A DNA stretch of 64,000 nucleotides from the human T2T-CHM13v2.0 reference genome, Homo sapiens. Of the stretch, positions 61,235 to 64,000 are shown one piece after another. A model generated the notes under the pieces. It saw only the letters and a program-made list of their open reading frames with translations, was not told where the DNA came from and did no database searches. The stretch lies in the NCBI RefSeq assembly GCF_009914755.1, contig NC_060935.1; one strand, written 5' to 3'. The position numbers and the translations under genes are program-made. The stretch's first letter is position 1, and the number at the start of each line of letters is the position of its first letter.

Positions 61235-64000
61235 CTAGTATTCTCTGATGGTAGTTTGTATTTCTGTGGGATCAATGGTGATATCTCTTTTATCTTTTTT
61301 TATTGTGTCTATTTTATTCTTGTCTCTTTCGTTCTTTATTAGTCTGGCTCTGGTCTATTTTGTTAATCTTGTCAAAAAACCAGCTCCTGGATTCATTGAT
61401 TTTTCGAAGGGTTTTTTGTATCTCTATTTCCTTCAGTTCTGCTCTGATCTTAGTTGTTTCTTGTCTTCTACTTGCTTTTGAATTTGTTAGCTTTTGCTTT
61501 TCTAGTTCTTTTAATTGTGATATTAGGGTGTTGATTTTAGATCTTTCCCACGTGCTTCTGTGGGCATTTGGTGCTATAAATTTCCCTCTAAAGACTCCTT
61601 TAGCTGTGTCCCAGAGATTCTGGTACGTTGTGTCTTTGTTCTCATTGGTTTCAAAGAACTTATTTATTTCTGCCTTACTTTCATTATTTACCGAGTAGTC
61701 ATACAGGAGCAGGTTGTTCAGTTTCCACTTAGTTGTGCGGTTTTAAGGGAGTTTCTTAATCCTGAGTTCTAATTTGATTGCATTGTGGTCTCAGAGACTG
61801 TTTGTTATGATTTCCATTCTTTTGCATTTGCTGAGGAGTGTTTTACTTCTAATTATCTGGTCAATTTTAGAAGAAGTTCTATGTGGTGCTGAGAAGAATG
61901 TATGTTCTGTTGATTTGGGTTGGAGATTTCTGTAGATGTCTATTAAGTCACTTGGTCCAGAGCTGAGTTCAAGTCCTGGATATCCTTGTTAATTTTCTGT
62001 CTCGTTGATCTAATATGGACGATGAGGTGTTAAACTCTCCCACTATTATTGTGTGGGAGTCTAAGTCTCTTTGTAGGTCTCTAAGGACTTGCTTTATGAA
62101 TCTGGGTGCTCCTGTATTGGGTGCATATATATTTAGGATAGTTAACTCATCTTGTTGCACTGATCCCTTTGCCATTATGTAATGCCCTTCTTTGTCTCTT
62201 TTGATCTTTGTTGGTTTAAAGTCTGTTTTATCAGAGACTAGGATTGCAACCCTTGCTTTTTTTTGCTTTCCATTTACTCTGTAAATTCTTCCTCCATCCC
62301 TTTATTTTGAGCCTATGTGTGTCTTTGCACGTGAGATGGGACTCCTGAACACAGCACACTGATGGGTCTTGACTCTTTATCTAGTTTGCCAGTCTGTGTC
62401 TTTTAATTGGGGCATTTAGCCCATTTACATTTAAGGTTAATATTGTTATGTGTGAATTTGATCCTGTCATTATGATGCTAGCTGGTTATTTTGCCCATTA
62501 GTTGATGCAGTTTCTTCATAGTGTCGATGGTCTTTATAATTTGATATGTTTTTGCAGTGGCTGGTACTGGTTTTTCCTTTCGATATTTAGTGCTTCCTTC
62601 AGGAGCTCTTGTGAGGCAGGCCTGGTGGTGACAAAATCTCTTAGCATTTGCTTGTCTGTAAAGGATTTTATTTCTTTTTCGCTTATGAAGCTTAGTTTGG
62701 TTGGATATAAAATTCTGGGTTGAAAATCTTTTCTTTAAGAATGTTGAATATTGGCCCTCACTCTCTTCTTGCTTGTAGGGTTTCTGTAGAGATACCCGCT
62801 GTTAGTCTGATGGACTTCCCGTTGTGGGTAACCTGACCTTTCTCTCTGGCTGCCCTTAACATATTTTCCTTCATTTCAACCTTGGTGAATCTGACAATTA
62901 TGTATCTTGGGGTTGCTCTTCTCGAGGAGTATCTTTGTGGTGTTCTCTGTATTGCTTGAATTTGAATGTTGGCCTGTCTTGCTAAGTTGGGAAGTTCTTC
63001 TGGGTAATATCCTGAAGAGTGTTTTCAAACCTGGTTCCATTCTCCCCATCATTTTCAGGTACACCAATCAAACATAGGTTTGGTCTTTTCATGTAGTCCC
63101 ATATTTCTTGGAGGCTTCCTTCGTTCCTTTTTAGTCTTTTTTTTTCTAATCTTGTCTTCACACGTTATTTTATTAAGTTGATCTTCAGTCTCTGATATCC
63201 TTTTTCCACTTGATCAGTTTGGCTATTGATATGTGTTTATGCTTCACAAAGTTCTCATGCTGTGTTTTTCAGCTCCATCACGTCATTTATTTTCTTCTCT
63301 AAACTGGTTATTCTAGTTAGCAATTCCTCTAACCTTTTTTCATGGTTCTTAGCTTCCTTGCATTGGGTTAGAACATGCTTCTTTACCTCAGAGGAGTTTG
63401 TTATTACCCACCTTCTGAAGCCTATTTCTGTCATTCCTCAAACTTATTCTCTGTCCAGTTTTGTTTCCTTCCTGGCCAGGAGTTGTGATCCTTTGGAGGA
63501 GAAGAGGCATTCTGGTTTTTGGAATTTTCAGCCTTTTTGCACTGGTTTTTCCTTATCTTTGTGAATTTATCTACCTTTGTTCTTTGATGTTGGTGACCTT
63601 CCGATGGGGTTTCTGTGTGGACATCCTTTTTGTTGATGTTGTTGTTACTCCTTTCTGTTTGTTAAATTTTCTTTCTAACAGTCAGGCCCCTATGCTGCAG
63701 GTCTGTTGGAGTTTGCTGGAAGTTTACTCCAGACCCTGTTTGCGTGGGTATTCACCAGCTGAGGCTGCAGAACAGCAAAGATTGCTGCGTGTTCCTTCCT
63801 CTGGAAGCTTTGTCCCAGAGTGGCATCCATCAGATGCCAGCTGGAGGTCTCCTGTATGAGGTGTCTGTTGACCTGTGCTGGGAGGTGTCTCCCAGTCAGA
63901 AGGCATGGGGGTCAAGGACTCACTTGAGGAGGCACTTTGTCCCTTAGCAGAGCTCCAGTGCTGTGCTGGGCGATCCACTGCTCTCTTCAGAGCTGGCAGG

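Noticed and set aside
63724-63978. ORFs in the L1 5' UTR as ORF0
   Set aside because: Do not match recalled ORF0, whose position would be beyond the window end

Overview
Hominid (human or African great ape; species cannot be resolved by eye) intronic DNA, AT-rich and dominated by interspersed repeats. The only host coding sequence I can support is one 66-nt, phase-0 exon on the + strand (50451-50516, [22 protein letters not shown]). I recognise it from memory as an internal exon of TMEM135, probably exon 5. The rest is intron. It holds about 28 Alu/Alu-monomer copies (mostly antisense), a near full-length Tigger1 hit by three Alus, MER44/MER58/MER1A DNA elements, MaLR LTRs, an ERV1-type solo LTR and old L1M/L2/MIR fragments. 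At the right end is an L1PA7-like element interrupted by a young L1PA2-like insertion with a twin-priming 5' inversion and a 14-bp TSD. Nearly all ORFs in the supplied track are repeat-derived or spurious. I found no new gene system. The best leads are structural: the nested inverted L1 (dsRNA stem, sense poly(A) signals, open RT frame), a young 167-bp tandem duplication, an L1 insertion with a target-site deletion, a ~52-bp locally templated copy, and splice features around the small exon. Subfamily names come from recalled consensus sequences, and boundaries of old elements are approximate.
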